The translations under genes were made by a program, and so were the position numbers. Source: Escherichia coli (GTDB taxonomy: Bacteria; Pseudomonadota; Gammaproteobacteria; Enterobacterales; Enterobacteriaceae). From it: a stretch of DNA of 64,000 bases. Position 1 is the first letter of the stretch, and each line of letters begins with the position of its first letter. Positions 1-11,622 of the stretch are shown piece by piece. Location of the stretch: the NCBI RefSeq assembly GCF_044324875.1, contig NZ_CP172185.1; one strand, given 5' to 3'. A model generated the notes under the pieces. It had not been told where the DNA came from, ran no database searches, and saw only the letters and a program-made list of their open reading frames with translations.

Positions 1-300
1 GTCGTACCGCTGAACGTTTTGGTGTTGAAGAAACATCAGAGCGATGCTGGGTCAAGGGCTGGCAACTCCACGGTATTGATGGTATTACATGGCAAAATGA
101 CCGCGGCTCTCCTGAGTTTCGACTGACAGTTGTCCTGAAGGTTTGAGTGAAGAACTTACCATGCGCTAGGCCACTACACAGTTTAATATATCAAATGAAA
201 CCATTATCTGGCACTGGGTGAAGGTTTACAAAGATACTGGTGAAGAAGGACTTATGAACATAAACCAGGCCGGAGCAAGGACATGACAAAACTGTCACGA
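1..300 (+). pseudogene. Degenerate IS3-family (IS150-group-like) transposase orfA remnant
   Basis: Plus-strand frames give interrupted HTH-type transposase motifs (RFGVEETSERCWVKGWQLHGIDGITWQNDRGSPEFRLTVV and NISNETIIWHWVKVYKDTGEEGL) that parallel the two HTH repeats of the intact IS150-like OrfA at 61215-61736; broken by stops, no ORF in the track. Confidence 0.35.
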
Positions 301-988
301 ACGGCGCAAAAGTGGCTCTTCCTTGGATGTATCTCTATATTTTCATACATCTGTTATCACTTAACCTGTTACTGTCCTTCAAACGCAGGAGATTCAGGGG
401 GCCAGTCTAACCGCTAAGAACATGTTCCCGAAAATTGAGATAAACACGTTATGACAGCAACGTAAAATAAAACAGCGTTTTTTAGTCATAATGAACATGT
501 AGAGTCCGTTTGTTCATACTCTGTGATTATCTCCATACGTTCATCTCTGGCGCTGCCAGATAGCGTTTTCGTTCTTACAGTCAATGCGCACCCGATACTG
601 AATATCGGCTTTCTTCCCCCGGGCGGTGAGATGCACTGTGACTAAATTATCACCTTTACTTACCAGCTCACGAAGATTCACCCAGACAACAGGATGCTGC
701 TGACTGAAGATCACCTAGTCATCTTTCCAGTGAAGCACCTGTTTCTGGAGATAGTCCCGTTTGACGCTGGCTGCAACAGCCGATGATTCCTGCCCTTCAC
801 ATCGTGGAAAACTGACGGTTCTGTTTTTATCAGTAGCCAGTGATGATACACAAATACCGAAGGTGAGCAGAATTGAAGAGAGTGTTTTGTTTATTTACAG
901 AACCCCATCATGGATAGCTCATTGTATTATTACTTTACATTTTAACAACATAAAATATCACTTTCAGAAGCAACAATCACATAACTTC

Positions 989-2101
989 TTATCCATTATT
1001 AATCACCTTATACAACGGGAGCATCGCCGCGCCGCATGACGCACTCTGTGCTCCCATCGAAGAGGCAGCTAACTTCACTCTGGGGCGGTTGGGATCGAGG
1101 CAGGCTTCCATCAGTTGATTCAGTTCCTGCACCAGACGACTGATAATCGGTTTCGGCATCGCGCCACCGAGTACGATGATTTGCGGGTCTACCCACTGCA
1201 CACAGCTGAAGAGCGTCTGCTCCACCTGGCCACGACAGCGTTCAAACCAGCTTTCCAGCAGTGGGTGCTGCCCGGCTATCAGCTCCGGTAGCTTAGTTTC
1301 ACTGAATCCTTCACGCTCCAGTGTGGCAAGCAAATCCTTATACGACGGGCGCGGTGTACCGGATGGAAACGCCATCCCGACTTCACCGGCATTGCAGAAC
1401 CCGCCGCGTAGCATTTTATTCCCGGAGATAATACCCGCGCCGATACCGTAGCCAAGGTCGATAAAGGTTAGATCGCTGTACGCATTCCATTTGCCGCTGT
1501 ACAGTTCACCTACCGCCGAGGCGTTGGCATTATTTTCCACCCACGTCGGCCACGGCAGGTTGTCGGCAAACGCCTGCTGGAGATCTACCTCACGCCAGCT
1601 CTCCAGCCACGGTACGCTGTGGCGCTTGCGACCATCCGCTTTCAGAAATCCGGGCACTGCATAGCCAATGCCGAGAATACGTGCGTGCTGGAGCTGGCGC
1701 TTTTTCAGCATTTTCTCCACCAAGGTTTTGATCTGCGCGAGAGAGGCCTCCAGTGGCTGATTCTCCTGATGTGCTTCGCAAAGCGACAGCAGCTGGCGAC
1801 CACTGAGATCGACCACCGTCATATCGATAAAACCGGGACTGAACGACAACCCGATAGCACAACCGCCGCCGGGGTTAAGGCGCAACGGCAGCGACGGCTG
1901 GCCGCGCTGCCCGGTATTGCGCTCCCCTTCCACCACCAGGCCGGAGAACATCAGCTCTCGGCACTGTTGGGTGATCGCCCCCGCCGTCAGTCCCGACAGC
2001 CGTGCCAGTTCAGCCCGCGTCACCGGGGCGTGGAGACGGATCAGTTCCAGCAGCAGGCGCTGCGAACCACGTAGTTCAAGGCGTTCAGAGTGGGCGTTCA
2101 T
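989..2101 (-). CDS. ROK-family transcriptional regulator (NagC/Mlc-like)
   Basis: 370-aa ORF, ATG at 2099-2101; N-terminal HTH (VTRAELARLSGLTAGAITQQCRELMFSGLV) followed by glycine-rich sugar-kinase-like ROK fold (GIGYAVPG, DLGYGIGAGII). Confidence 0.8.
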   Translation of the reverse strand: MNAHSERLELRGSQRLLLELIRLHAPVTRAELARLSGLTAGAITQQCRELMFSGLVVEGERNTGQRGQPSLPLRLNPGGGCAIGLSFSPGFIDMTVVDLSGRQLLSLCEAHQENQPLEASLAQIKTLVEKMLKKRQLQHARILGIGYAVPGFLKADGRKRHSVPWLESWREVDLQQAFADNLPWPTWVENNANASAVGELYSGKWNAYSDLTFIDLGYGIGAGIISGNKMLRGGFCNAGEVGMAFPSGTPRPSYKDLLATLEREGFSETKLPELIAGQHPLLESWFERCRGQVEQTLFSCVQWVDPQIIVLGGAMPKPIISRLVQELNQLMEACLDPNRPRVKLAASSMGAQSASCGAAMLPLYKVINNG

Positions 2102-2116
2102 GGTGTCCTTATTTTT

Positions 2117-2947
2117 CTAGTTCCAGCGCAGGCCTGCTTCTTCAATCAGTCCCTGCAAATACGGAATATCATCGTGGCTGAGCATATCAATCAGCCCCGC
2201 CTGCATCCAGCCGATAATCACCGGACGACTGTCACAGCCGAATTTATAGTCGTACTGCTCCAGCGGCGTCATGCCGTTTTTCATTTCATGCAGATACATC
2301 CGCACGCCCAGTCCGGCATTTTTGTAGGCCCGCAGGTCGTCGATATGGGCGAACTCGAACTCAAAGCAGACGCATCCGGCATTGGACTGCTGTACCGCCG
2401 CAAGCTGGTTATTGTAGCGCTCCAGCGTCACCACCTGTAACGCCAGTTGCGGGATTTGCGCCTTCACCCGGTTGATCAGCACATGGTTGAAGCCCAGCAA
2501 CTGGATATGGCCGAGGGCATCCAGATGCTCATGCAGCAGTGCGACCAGCGCCGCCACAAACTCGTCATGGCGGTTGCGCTGTTTGACCTCAACAATCAGC
2601 CCCATGCTGTTTTCCACCGCCCAGCGCAGCACGTCCGCCAGCAAGGGGATGCGCGTTCCGGCAAACGACGGATGGTATTTCACGCCAAAGTCGCACGCCA
2701 GCAGCTGCGGGTACGTCATCTGCTCCACAAATCCGTGTCCGGTGGATACCCGGTCGATACGGTGATCGTGCGTGACCACCAGTTGGTTATCCGCCGTCAG
2801 GTGGATATCGATTTCAATACAGTGGGTTCCCGCCAGGCGGGCGGCTTCAAAGGCCGGGAATGTGTTCTCCGGCGCGCAGCTGGAATAACCTCGGTGGCTG
2901 TTGGCCAGCACGATCCCCTCTGCCGCCCGGTGAAAGTTAAACGCCAT
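2117..2947 (-). CDS. Glycerophosphodiester phosphodiesterase family protein
   Basis: 276-aa ORF; GDPD hallmarks HRG...ENT (LANSHRGYSSCAPENT) and E-x-D-x-H (IEIDIHLTADNQLVVTHD); 15 bp upstream of the ROK gene on the same strand. Confidence 0.8.
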   Translation of the reverse strand: MAFNFHRAAEGIVLANSHRGYSSCAPENTFPAFEAARLAGTHCIEIDIHLTADNQLVVTHDHRIDRVSTGHGFVEQMTYPQLLACDFGVKYHPSFAGTRIPLLADVLRWAVENSMGLIVEVKQRNRHDEFVAALVALLHEHLDALGHIQLLGFNHVLINRVKAQIPQLALQVVTLERYNNQLAAVQQSNAGCVCFEFEFAHIDDLRAYKNAGLGVRMYLHEMKNGMTPLEQYDYKFGCDSRPVIIGWMQAGLIDMLSHDDIPYLQGLIEEAGLRWN

Positions 2948-3162
2948 CTTCTTTTCCTCTCGAATGTAAGATGGTAATTAACTTTACTACTTAAATTTAA
3001 ATGTGAAAGATGTTTTTGTTATTTTATGGTTAATCCATTGTTTTATATGCTTTTAATTTGATATTTAGATCATTTTTTAGCTTTAAGGATCTGTGTCACA
3101 TAAATTTAATGTTTAGTATGTAAATTTAATAATCATCTTTTTAACCGATAGAAGAGAGACTC

Positions 3163-4230
3163 ATGTCAAAACTGGTTCTGGAACAGGTGACCAAAACCTT
3201 CGGCGAATTCTATGCCGCCAGGGAAATCTCGTTCTGCGCCGAAGAGGGGGAGTTCGTGACCCTGCTTGGGCCGAGCGGCTGCGGTAAAACCACCCTGCTG
3301 AAAATGATCGGCGGTTTTCACCAGCCGGACAGCGGACGCATTCTGATTGGCGATAAAACGGTCAACGCCCTGCCGCCAGAAAAGCGCAATACCGCCATGT
3401 GTTTCCAGTCCTATGCGCTGTTTCCGCACCTCAACGTGGCACACAACATCTGCTTCGGCCTGAAGCAGAAAAAAGTCGCTATCAGTGAACAGCAGGCCCG
3501 GCTGGCGGAGGCGCTGAAGCAGGTGGGGCTGGAGAGCCAGCGCCTGAAAATGCCCGCCCAGCTCTCCGGCGGCCAGCAGCAGCGCGTGGCGCTGGCGCGG
3601 GCGATGATCACCCGCCCGGACGTGATCCTGTTCGACGAACCGCTCTCCAACCTTGATGCCAAGCTGCGCGAAAGCGTGCGTTTTGAAATCAAGGAACTCC
3701 AGCGGCAGTATCAGCTCACCTCGATCTACGTCACACACGACCAGGCGGAAGCGCTGGCGATGTCGGATAAAATTGTGGTGCTGAACGCCGGTAATGTTGA
3801 GCAAATAGGCAAACCGGAAGAGATTTACTACCGTCCGGCCAACCGCTTTGTGGCCGACTTTATCGGCGCGGCCAATATCGACACCGCGCAGGTCACGCCC
3901 TCAGAGCAGCCGGGCTATTACCGGGTACGCTGTGCCCTCGGCGAGTTTTATGTGCATTCCGTACAGCCGCCACGCACAGAGCACTGCTATATCTGCTGGC
4001 GACCGGAAGATGCGCAGTATGTCAGCCAGCCTCAGGCAGGCAACAACCACTTCTCCCTGACGCTCGACAAAATGGCCTTTATGGGCAACCTCACCGAAGC
4101 CTGGGGCCACAACGACAGCGGGTTATCGGTCCGCTTACATCTAATTAAAAAGCCGCCCGTCGCCCCCGGCGAGAGTGCCTGCTTCCGTCTGGCGGAAAAC
4201 GCCATCCATTTTCTGGAGCCGGTATCATGA
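3163..4230 (+). CDS. ABC transporter ATP-binding protein (PotA/MalK/UgpC-like)
   Basis: Walker [10 protein letters not shown], signature [14 protein letters not shown], Walker [13 protein letters not shown]-terminal regulatory-type domain; ATG 3163; stop overlaps next start (ATGA at 4227). Confidence 0.9.
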   Translation: MSKLVLEQVTKTFGEFYAAREISFCAEEGEFVTLLGPSGCGKTTLLKMIGGFHQPDSGRILIGDKTVNALPPEKRNTAMCFQSYALFPHLNVAHNICFGLKQKKVAISEQQARLAEALKQVGLESQRLKMPAQLSGGQQQRVALARAMITRPDVILFDEPLSNLDAKLRESVRFEIKELQRQYQLTSIYVTHDQAEALAMSDKIVVLNAGNVEQIGKPEEIYYRPANRFVADFIGAANIDTAQVTPSEQPGYYRVRCALGEFYVHSVQPPRTEHCYICWRPEDAQYVSQPQAGNNHFSLTLDKMAFMGNLTEAWGHNDSGLSVRLHLIKKPPVAPGESACFRLAENAIHFLEPVS

Positions 4231-5093
4231 AAAACTGGCGCAATGATGCGGTCGCCTGGCTGCTGATGCTCAGCGGGCTGGGCACGATCCTACTACTGAT
4301 GGGATCGACGTTTTATGTGGTGATCGTCCAGAGCCTGGGCTGGTTCAACATCGAAGGCGACAGCAATTTCTCGCTGGAATACTGGCGCAATATGTTGCAG
4401 GACGAAGTGTTGCAAAGCGCCCTGTTCTACTCAGTGAAAGTGTCACTGCTGGGGTCGTTCGGCTCGGTGATTTTCGCCTATCCGCTGGCGCTGTGGCTGC
4501 GTAAACCGATGGCCTATAAAGAGGGCATTATCGCGGTGCTGCGTGCGCCGATGTTTATCCCCGGTCTGGTGGCGGCGTTTCTGTTCGTCAATATCGTCGC
4601 TTATCACGGCATTATCAACGAACTGCTGCTGGCGCTGGGGATTATCAGCGAGCCGCTGCGGATGCAGAACGATGACTTCGGCTGGGGCGTGGTTATCCTG
4701 CAAATCTGGAAAAACCTGCCCTTCGCCCTGATCCTCGTCGGCGGCGCAGTCAACGCCATCCGTAACGACGTGCTGGACGCCGCCAGCAATCTCGGTGCCA
4801 GCCGCTGGCGCAGTTTTACCGGCGTGGTGGTGCCGCTGACGCTGCCCGCCGTGCAGGTGACGCTGATTCTGGTATTTATCGGCGCGCTGGGCGACTTCGC
4901 CTTCTTCTCGGTGGCCGGGCCACGCAACACCTACTCGCTGGCGCGGCTGATGCAGGCCACCGCCATGGAGTACGGCGAGTGGAATAACGCGGCGGTGATT
5001 GCGGTGATCATTATGGTCACGGCGGCCATCTGCACGTTGCTGATTGCCACACTGATTACCCCGTTCGCCACCCGCAAAGGAGAGGTCAAATGA
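4227..5093 (+). CDS. ABC transporter permease subunit 1
   Basis: 288-aa hydrophobic multi-TM protein translationally coupled to the ATPase; stop overlaps start of the next permease. Confidence 0.85.
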   Translation: MKNWRNDAVAWLLMLSGLGTILLLMGSTFYVVIVQSLGWFNIEGDSNFSLEYWRNMLQDEVLQSALFYSVKVSLLGSFGSVIFAYPLALWLRKPMAYKEGIIAVLRAPMFIPGLVAAFLFVNIVAYHGIINELLLALGIISEPLRMQNDDFGWGVVILQIWKNLPFALILVGGAVNAIRNDVLDAASNLGASRWRSFTGVVVPLTLPAVQVTLILVFIGALGDFAFFSVAGPRNTYSLARLMQATAMEYGEWNNAAVIAVIIMVTAAICTLLIATLITPFATRKGEVK

Positions 5094-5146
5094 GCCACAC
5101 TGATTACCCCGTTCGCCACCCGCAAAGGAGAGGTCAAATGAGCCAC
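5051..5146. repeat. Perfect 48-bp tandem duplication (2 copies) spanning the permease1 stop / permease2 start
   Basis: actgattaccccgttcgccacccgcaaaggagaggtcaaatgagccac occurs at 5051-5098 and again at 5099-5146; read directly. Confidence 0.9.
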
Positions 5147-5974
5147 ACTGCCAACGGTTGCCGGGTGGTGACGATTTCGCTGATCTTCTTCGTGGTCGCT
5201 AATCTGATCTGGCTGGGCATGCCGTTCGGCATGGCGATCCTCTGGTCGCTGGTTGACCCGGCCCATCCGTGGAGCTACCCGGATATCTTCCCGCCCGTGC
5301 TGTCGTTCAGCCGCTGGCTGCTGGTATGGGAAAAGACTTCGCTTTCCGAGGCGCTGTTCAACAGCTACACCATTGCGCCTGCGGTAGCGGTCGCCAGCCT
5401 GCTGCTGTCGCTACCCACCGCGTATGCCTTCGGGCGCATGACCTTTCGCGGTAAGGCGGTGGCGGAGATGCTGACGCTGATCCCGCTGGTGATGCCGGGG
5501 ATGCTGATCGGGATTTTTTTCAGCGCCATGCTGATCAACCTCAATATCGACAACGCGTTTATCAGCATTGTTATCGGCCATACGGTACTGACGCTGCCCT
5601 ATTCGATCCGCATTATGTCTGCGGGGTTTAAGTCGGTGCCGCAGGATCTGATCGACGCCAGCCGCGACCTGGGCTCCGGCGCGTGGGACACCTTCTGCAA
5701 TGCCTATCTGCCGCTGCTGAAACCGAGCTTCCTGGCGGCGCTGATTTTTTGTCTGGTGCGAAGCCTGGAAGAGTTCAGCATCTCATACGTGCTGGGCGCG
5801 CCGGACTTTATCACCGTTCCGACCATTCTTTACTCTTTCCTTGGCTACTCCTTCGTCCGCCCGGATGCGGCGGTGGTGTCGATGATTCTGGTGATCCCCA
5901 ATGTCATCCTGATGGTCATCATTGAGAAGTTGCTGAAGGGGAACTATCTGTCGCAATCCACGGGAAAAGCCTGA
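5090..5974 (+). CDS. ABC transporter permease subunit 2 (N-terminus affected by 48-bp duplication; alternative start 5138)
   Basis: 294-aa hydrophobic ORF; first ATG at 5090 lies in duplication copy 1 and adds 16 residues (MSHTDYPVRHPQRRGQ) before the second MSHT at 5138. Confidence 0.8.
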   Translation: MSHTDYPVRHPQRRGQMSHTANGCRVVTISLIFFVVANLIWLGMPFGMAILWSLVDPAHPWSYPDIFPPVLSFSRWLLVWEKTSLSEALFNSYTIAPAVAVASLLLSLPTAYAFGRMTFRGKAVAEMLTLIPLVMPGMLIGIFFSAMLINLNIDNAFISIVIGHTVLTLPYSIRIMSAGFKSVPQDLIDASRDLGSGAWDTFCNAYLPLLKPSFLAALIFCLVRSLEEFSISYVLGAPDFITVPTILYSFLGYSFVRPDAAVVSMILVIPNVILMVIIEKLLKGNYLSQSTGKA

Positions 5975-5995
5975 CCTTTTACAGGAGATAATGTG

Positions 5996-7072
5996 ATGAA
6001 AAAAACAGTGATGATTCTGGCGGGCGGCCTGCTGTGCAGCTCGCTGGCAACGGCGGCGGATAGCCCCGACCTGATTGCCCAAGCGAAAAAAGAGGGCAGC
6101 GTGACCTTTAACGTCTGGTACTTACAGCCGCAGTGGCGCAGCTTTGTGAAGGATTTTGAGCAGCAGTACGGTGTTAAGGTGCGCATCCCGGAAGGGAATA
6201 TCGACGGAAACGTGAACAAGTTGCTGGCAGAAGCGGGGAAAAAAAAAGGTAAAATAGATGTTATCGCCTTGTCTGTTGCGCAACTGCCAGTGGCAATGGG
6301 AGCGAAAGCGCTGGCGAAGGTGGACGATTTGCCGGGCTATGGCGACGCCATTCACCAGATTCAGAACGTTGACACCCAGGGTTATGCCGTGGCGTTCTGG
6401 GGCAACCAGACCGGATTTGCTTACGACCCGCAGCAGATGGGTGACCGGGCGCTGCCACAAACGCTGGAGCAGTTGCAGAGCTTTATCGACGCCAACCCGA
6501 AAAAGTTCGGCTATAACGACCCGAACAACGGCGGCGCTGGGGAAGCCTTTATCCAGCGCATCGTCACTACTCAGGGCGACACGTTTAACAGCGAAGCGGA
6601 GAGCGTTGACCCGGCAGTGGTGAAAAACTGGCAGAAAGGCTGGCAGTGGTTTGCCGCTAATAAGGACAAAATTACCCGCACGGCCTCCGGTGCTGATAGT
6701 CTGACACGCCTGAATGACGGCGAGCTGATGCTGACACCATCCTGGGAAGATCATCTTGTCGGACTACAAAAAACCGGGGCTATCAATTCGCGGCTGAAAT
6801 TTTACGTACCGGAGTTTGGCATGCCTGGCGGCGGTAACATCGCTGCCATTGCCGCCAACAGCCCACATCCGGCGGCATCACGCTTATTCCTCAACTGGCT
6901 GATTCAGCCTGAAACGCAACATGCACTGAGTAAAGTCTTCGGCTCCACGCCGATGAACAAACAGCTCCGTCCGGATCTGAATGAGATCCCGGAGCCCACG
7001 GTGGAGTTTTATGGCAAAGCGTACAGTACACAGCTCAAAAAAGATTTCGTTCGTGAGGTCATGATGCAGTAA
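5996..7072 (+). CDS. ABC transporter periplasmic substrate-binding protein (family-1 SBP)
   Basis: Signal peptide MKKTVMILAGGLLCSSLATAADS; about 358 aa; last gene of ATPase-permease-permease-SBP operon; track start 5993 is GTG, ATG at 5996. Confidence 0.85.
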   Translation: MKKTVMILAGGLLCSSLATAADSPDLIAQAKKEGSVTFNVWYLQPQWRSFVKDFEQQYGVKVRIPEGNIDGNVNKLLAEAGKKKGKIDVIALSVAQLPVAMGAKALAKVDDLPGYGDAIHQIQNVDTQGYAVAFWGNQTGFAYDPQQMGDRALPQTLEQLQSFIDANPKKFGYNDPNNGGAGEAFIQRIVTTQGDTFNSEAESVDPAVVKNWQKGWQWFAANKDKITRTASGADSLTRLNDGELMLTPSWEDHLVGLQKTGAINSRLKFYVPEFGMPGGGNIAAIAANSPHPAASRLFLNWLIQPETQHALSKVFGSTPMNKQLRPDLNEIPEPTVEFYGKAYSTQLKKDFVREVMMQ

Positions 7073-7167
7073 GCTTCATTTCGCGCACAGCCATCCCCCT
7101 GAAATCTGGCTGACTGTTATTTCGCAACAGTTATTGAGTAAATCTTTAACCTGTTAACAGAGGGTTT

Positions 7168-7692
7168 ATGAAACGTAAACTTATTGCCTTTGTGATTCTG
7201 GCTACATCATCCTGTGGATATGCAGCCACCAAAGATGTAACAATGAATCTTGTTGATAGTGACGGAAAAGAGCGAAATATTGGTAAAATAACCATCCAGA
7301 AGACACCCTACGGGCTGCTGTTCACCCCTGATCTTCACTCCTTACCCGCCGGCATTCATGGTTTTCATGTACATGAAAACGCAAGTTGTGCTCCTGCCCT
7401 GAAAGATGGAAAAACTGTCGCTGCTTTATCTGCAGGTGGTCACTTTGACCCGGAAAAAACAGGGAAGCATCTCGGTCCATGGTCTCCTGATGGCCACCTG
7501 GGTGATCTCCCTGCGCTTTATGTCACTCATGACGGAAAAGCAACCTACCCGGTGCTTGCGCCAAGACTATCTGAATTAAAGGAGCTCGATGGCCGTTCGC
7601 TAATGCTCCACGCAGGAGGTGATAATCATGATGACCATCCTGAACCTCTAGGTGGCGGTGGTGCAAGAATTGCCTGTGGTATCATCCCATAA
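7168..7692 (+). CDS. sodC: Periplasmic Cu,Zn superoxide dismutase (SodC-family paralog, diverged from the K-12-type SodC as I recall it)
   Basis: Signal peptide plus Cu/Zn-SOD motifs [34 protein letters not shown] 7168. Confidence 0.85.
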   Translation: MKRKLIAFVILATSSCGYAATKDVTMNLVDSDGKERNIGKITIQKTPYGLLFTPDLHSLPAGIHGFHVHENASCAPALKDGKTVAALSAGGHFDPEKTGKHLGPWSPDGHLGDLPALYVTHDGKATYPVLAPRLSELKELDGRSLMLHAGGDNHDDHPEPLGGGGARIACGIIP

Positions 7693-7700
7693 TCAATCAG

Positions 7701-7721
7701 GTAAGGGATATCCTCCCTTAC
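7701..7721 (+). terminator. Stem-loop immediately after sodC stop (weak terminator candidate, no clear T-tract)
   Basis: gtaaggga / tcccttac 8-bp stem, 5-nt loop. Confidence 0.35.
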
Positions 7722-7820
7722 CCTTAATCTTCCCTGGCTGCATGTGCATATCTTTCAGTTACTGTGAGATACCTGTATTACGGTGTCTTTTTAGCTCACA
7801 GAAATATCAGACAGCCCGTT

Positions 7821-8045
7821 TCAGTGTTTTATTACCTTAATCTTTTTACGGCATTCTTCAGCTCTTGCGCATGCTATTTTTTCACCTGTTTCATAACATT
7901 GCTGGCAGCCTAATCCAAATTTCATCGCCATATCATAACCTTCCCGAAAACCTCGGAACCACGCGTTACGAAGGTATTCATCATATTCCCCGCAGTCAAT
8001 AATAACCATTTTATTTTCATGGGATTTTCCGGTATTCTCACTCAT
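7821..8045 (-). CDS. Small Cys-rich hypothetical protein (74 aa)
   Basis: ATG at 8043-8045 preceded by GAGG; MSENTGKSHENKMVIIDCGEYDEYLRNAWFRGF...CQQCYETGEKIACARAEEC with paired Cys; no family recognised. Confidence 0.35.
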   Translation of the reverse strand: MSENTGKSHENKMVIIDCGEYDEYLRNAWFRGFREGYDMAMKFGLGCQQCYETGEKIACARAEECRKKIKVIKH

Positions 8046-8400
8046 ATTCGATACCTCAATGCTTACAACAGAAAAGTATACTTTTACGAAGTTCGCCTTT
8101 GCAGGAGTATATAAAGTTATCACTGGATGCAAGAGCCGGAAATCATGTATATCAGGATCAACTTTGTAATTCAATAACATATTATCCAGTGAAAAAGTAA
8201 GTATATTTAAGCTGGGGAAGGAGAAGGGGGACTTGATTTGATATTTTCATCAATAATATTATTTTTCCTCCTCCATTATTCATTCAGACCTGGTTCCGGG
8301 CGTAATTCCTAGACTGGCCCCCTGAATCTCCAGACAACCAGTATCACTTAAATAAGTGATAGTCTTAATACTAGTTTTTAGACTAGTCATTGGAGAACAG

Positions 8401-8766
8401 ATGATTGATGTCTTAGGGCCGGAGAAACGCAGACGGCGTACCACACAGGAAAAGATCGCAATTGTTCAGCAGAGCTTTGAACCGGGGATGACGGTCTCCC
8501 TCGTTGCCCGGCAACATGGTGTAGCAGCCAGCCAGTTATTTCTCTGGCGTAAGCAATACCAGGAAGGAAGTCTTACTGCTGTCGCCGCCGGAGAACAGGT
8601 TGTTCCTGCCTCTGAACTTGCTGCCGCCATGAAGCAGATTAAAGAACTCCAGCGCCTGCTCGGCAAGAAAACGATGGAAAATGAACTCCTCAAAGAAGCC
8701 GTTGAATATGGACGGGCAAAAAAGTGGATAGCGCACGCGCCCTTATTGCCCGGGGATGGGGAGTAA
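8401..8766 (+). CDS. insC: IS2 transposase OrfA (InsC)
   Basis: [56 protein letters not shown]; 121 aa. Confidence 0.9.
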
Positions 8767-9629
8767 GCTTAGTCAGCCGTTGTCTCCGGGTGTCGCGTGC
8801 GCAGTTGCACGTCATTCTCAGACGAACCGATGACTGGATGGATGGCCGCCGCAGTCGTCACACTGATGATACGGATGTGCTTCTCCGTATACACCATGTT
8901 ATCGGAGAGCTGCCAACGTATGGTTATCGTCGGGTATGGGCGCTGCTTCGCAGACAGGCAGAACTTGATGGTATGCCTGCGATCAATGCCAAACGTGTTT
9001 ACCGGATCATGCGCCAGAATGCGCTGTTGCTTGAGCGAAAACCTGCTGTACCGCCATCGAAACGGGCACATACAGGCAGAGTGGCTGTGAAAGAAAGTAA
9101 TCAGCGATGGTGCTCTGACGGGTTCGAGTTCCGCTGTGATAACGGAGAAAAACTGCGAGTCACGTTCGCGCTGGACTGCTGTGACCGTGAGGCACTGCAC
9201 TGGGCGGTCACTACGGGCGGCTTCAACAGTGAAACAGTACAGGACGTCATGCTGGGAGCGGTGGAACGCCGCTTCGGCAACGAGCTTCCGGCGTCTCCAG
9301 TAGAGTGGCTGACGGATAATGGTTCATGCTACCGGGCTAATGAAACACGGCAGTTTGCCCGGATGTTGGGGCTTGAACCGAAGAGCACGGCGGTGCGGAG
9401 TCCGGAGAGTAACGGCATAGCAGAGAGCTTCGTGAAAACGATAAAGCGTGACTACATCAGTGTCATGCCCAAACCAGACGGGTTAACGGCAGCAAAGAAC
9501 CTTGCAGAGGCGTTCGAGCATTATAACGAATGGCATCCGCATAGTGCACTGGGTTATCGCTCGCCACGGGAATATCTACGGCAGCAAGCCAGTAATGGGT
9601 TAAGTGATAACAGGTGTCTGGAAATATAG
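8724..9629 (+). CDS. insD: IS2 transposase OrfB (InsD), DDE catalytic domain
   Basis: 301-aa ORF overlapping insC; WCSDGFEF...HWAVTTGG...WLTDNGSCY...HSALGYRSP. Confidence 0.9.
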
Positions 9630-10149
9630 GGGCAAATCCAATTCCGATTTCTCTGTTGAAGCGATGCATTTATATTTAAATATTCACCTGTCATTGAATT
9701 TTATTTGAAATAGGAGAAAATCTCCTCCTGTACTACAGATAACCCGGAATGTTCCTCGAAAGAAAATTCTGGCGCAGAATTCACGCCCGGTTCTGTTCAA
9801 CATCATGCAGGATAACGATACCGAAACGTTAAACTCTGGCAATTCTCGTGTTATACACAGGCAGGAGTGATTACTACGGTAAGAATTGCTGAAAAGGGGA
9901 GAACACTGAAGGCCTTATTCGCGAAGAATAAAGGAGACATTTCATGTAAATTATTATCAGAGATAACCTTCTCCAGGCGCTTTTGTTCGCTTCCTGAATT
10001 GCTACCTGATACATATTTACGGGATGCCAGCCTGGTGACTATAACTCCGAAAAGACCGATTATTGTATTGCGTGCATCCGGCATGTTTACAATGTACGCT
10101 GGTATCTAACGGAGTCTGACACAGATGCACGCAGGTGTATATTTTAACG

Positions 10150-11013
<864 letters not shown>

Positions 11014-11258
11014 TAATTACACTGTGGGTTGACGCCGGAAGAATCAGAGAACAGATACCGTTCTTACTGTAAAACGTGGCTAATATTAATTGAGCACTGC
11101 AGTGTTCAGAGCACAAAGAAGAAAAAAGATGTGTGCGAATGCCTGTAATGTGTTAAAAGAATGTTCCGCGTTTCCGGTACGCTTTTCGTAACTAACAATG
11201 CAGGGTGACGTAACGCTGGTTGTGCCGGAAACGCGTCCCTCCCCCTATCTTTCCTGTT

Positions 11259-11278
11259 TGGATTTGCCCCTATATTTC
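11259..11278 (-). repeat. Solo 20-bp remnant matching the IS2 right terminal repeat
   Basis: tggatttgcccctatatttc equals the reverse complement of the IS2 end gaaatataggggcaaatcca; match ends after 20 bp. Confidence 0.45.
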
Positions 11279-11622
11279 TGGATTATCCGACAAAACCGGC
11301 GTGAAGTATTACTCTCGTCGCCCAGCACCATAAGGATAACGCCCATAAAATCATGAAACTTTTCTTCCAGATTGGATACAATCAGGCCGAAACGGTGATG
11401 AATATTATCCAAATCTGATGGTTCGTAGCGTTTTCAGCCCCCAGATTCTGAGTTGCCTGTAGGGATGATTTCAATTCCCGATTTGTCTATCGCATAGAGA
11501 AAAAGAATTTCATTTCTGTTCACCAGAACCCATGTAACCCACTCCAATTCGTTATTTATCTCACTGATTGCCCTTCATTTATCTCATTGATGCACCGAAA
11601 GGTAAAACTGCCATCCGGTGCA

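Larger units (their letters stand above)
8310..9640 (+). mobile_element. IS2 (IS3 family), complete 1331-bp copy with 5-bp target-site duplication ATTCC
   Basis: Termini tagactggccccctgaatctccagacaacc ... caggtgtctggaaatataggggcaaatcca; flanks 8305-8309 and 9641-9645 both attcc; InsC/InsD proteins recognised. Confidence 0.95.

Noticed and set aside
3166-3804. Long antisense ORFs inside confidently assigned genes (e.g. 3166-3804, 6122-6754, 41185-42060, 42143-43054, 43164-43907, 32796-33302)
   Set aside because: Shadow ORFs on the opposite strand of GC-rich coding sequence; no RBS, low-complexity Arg/Pro/Gly-rich translations, fully overlapped by genes with clear family motifs.
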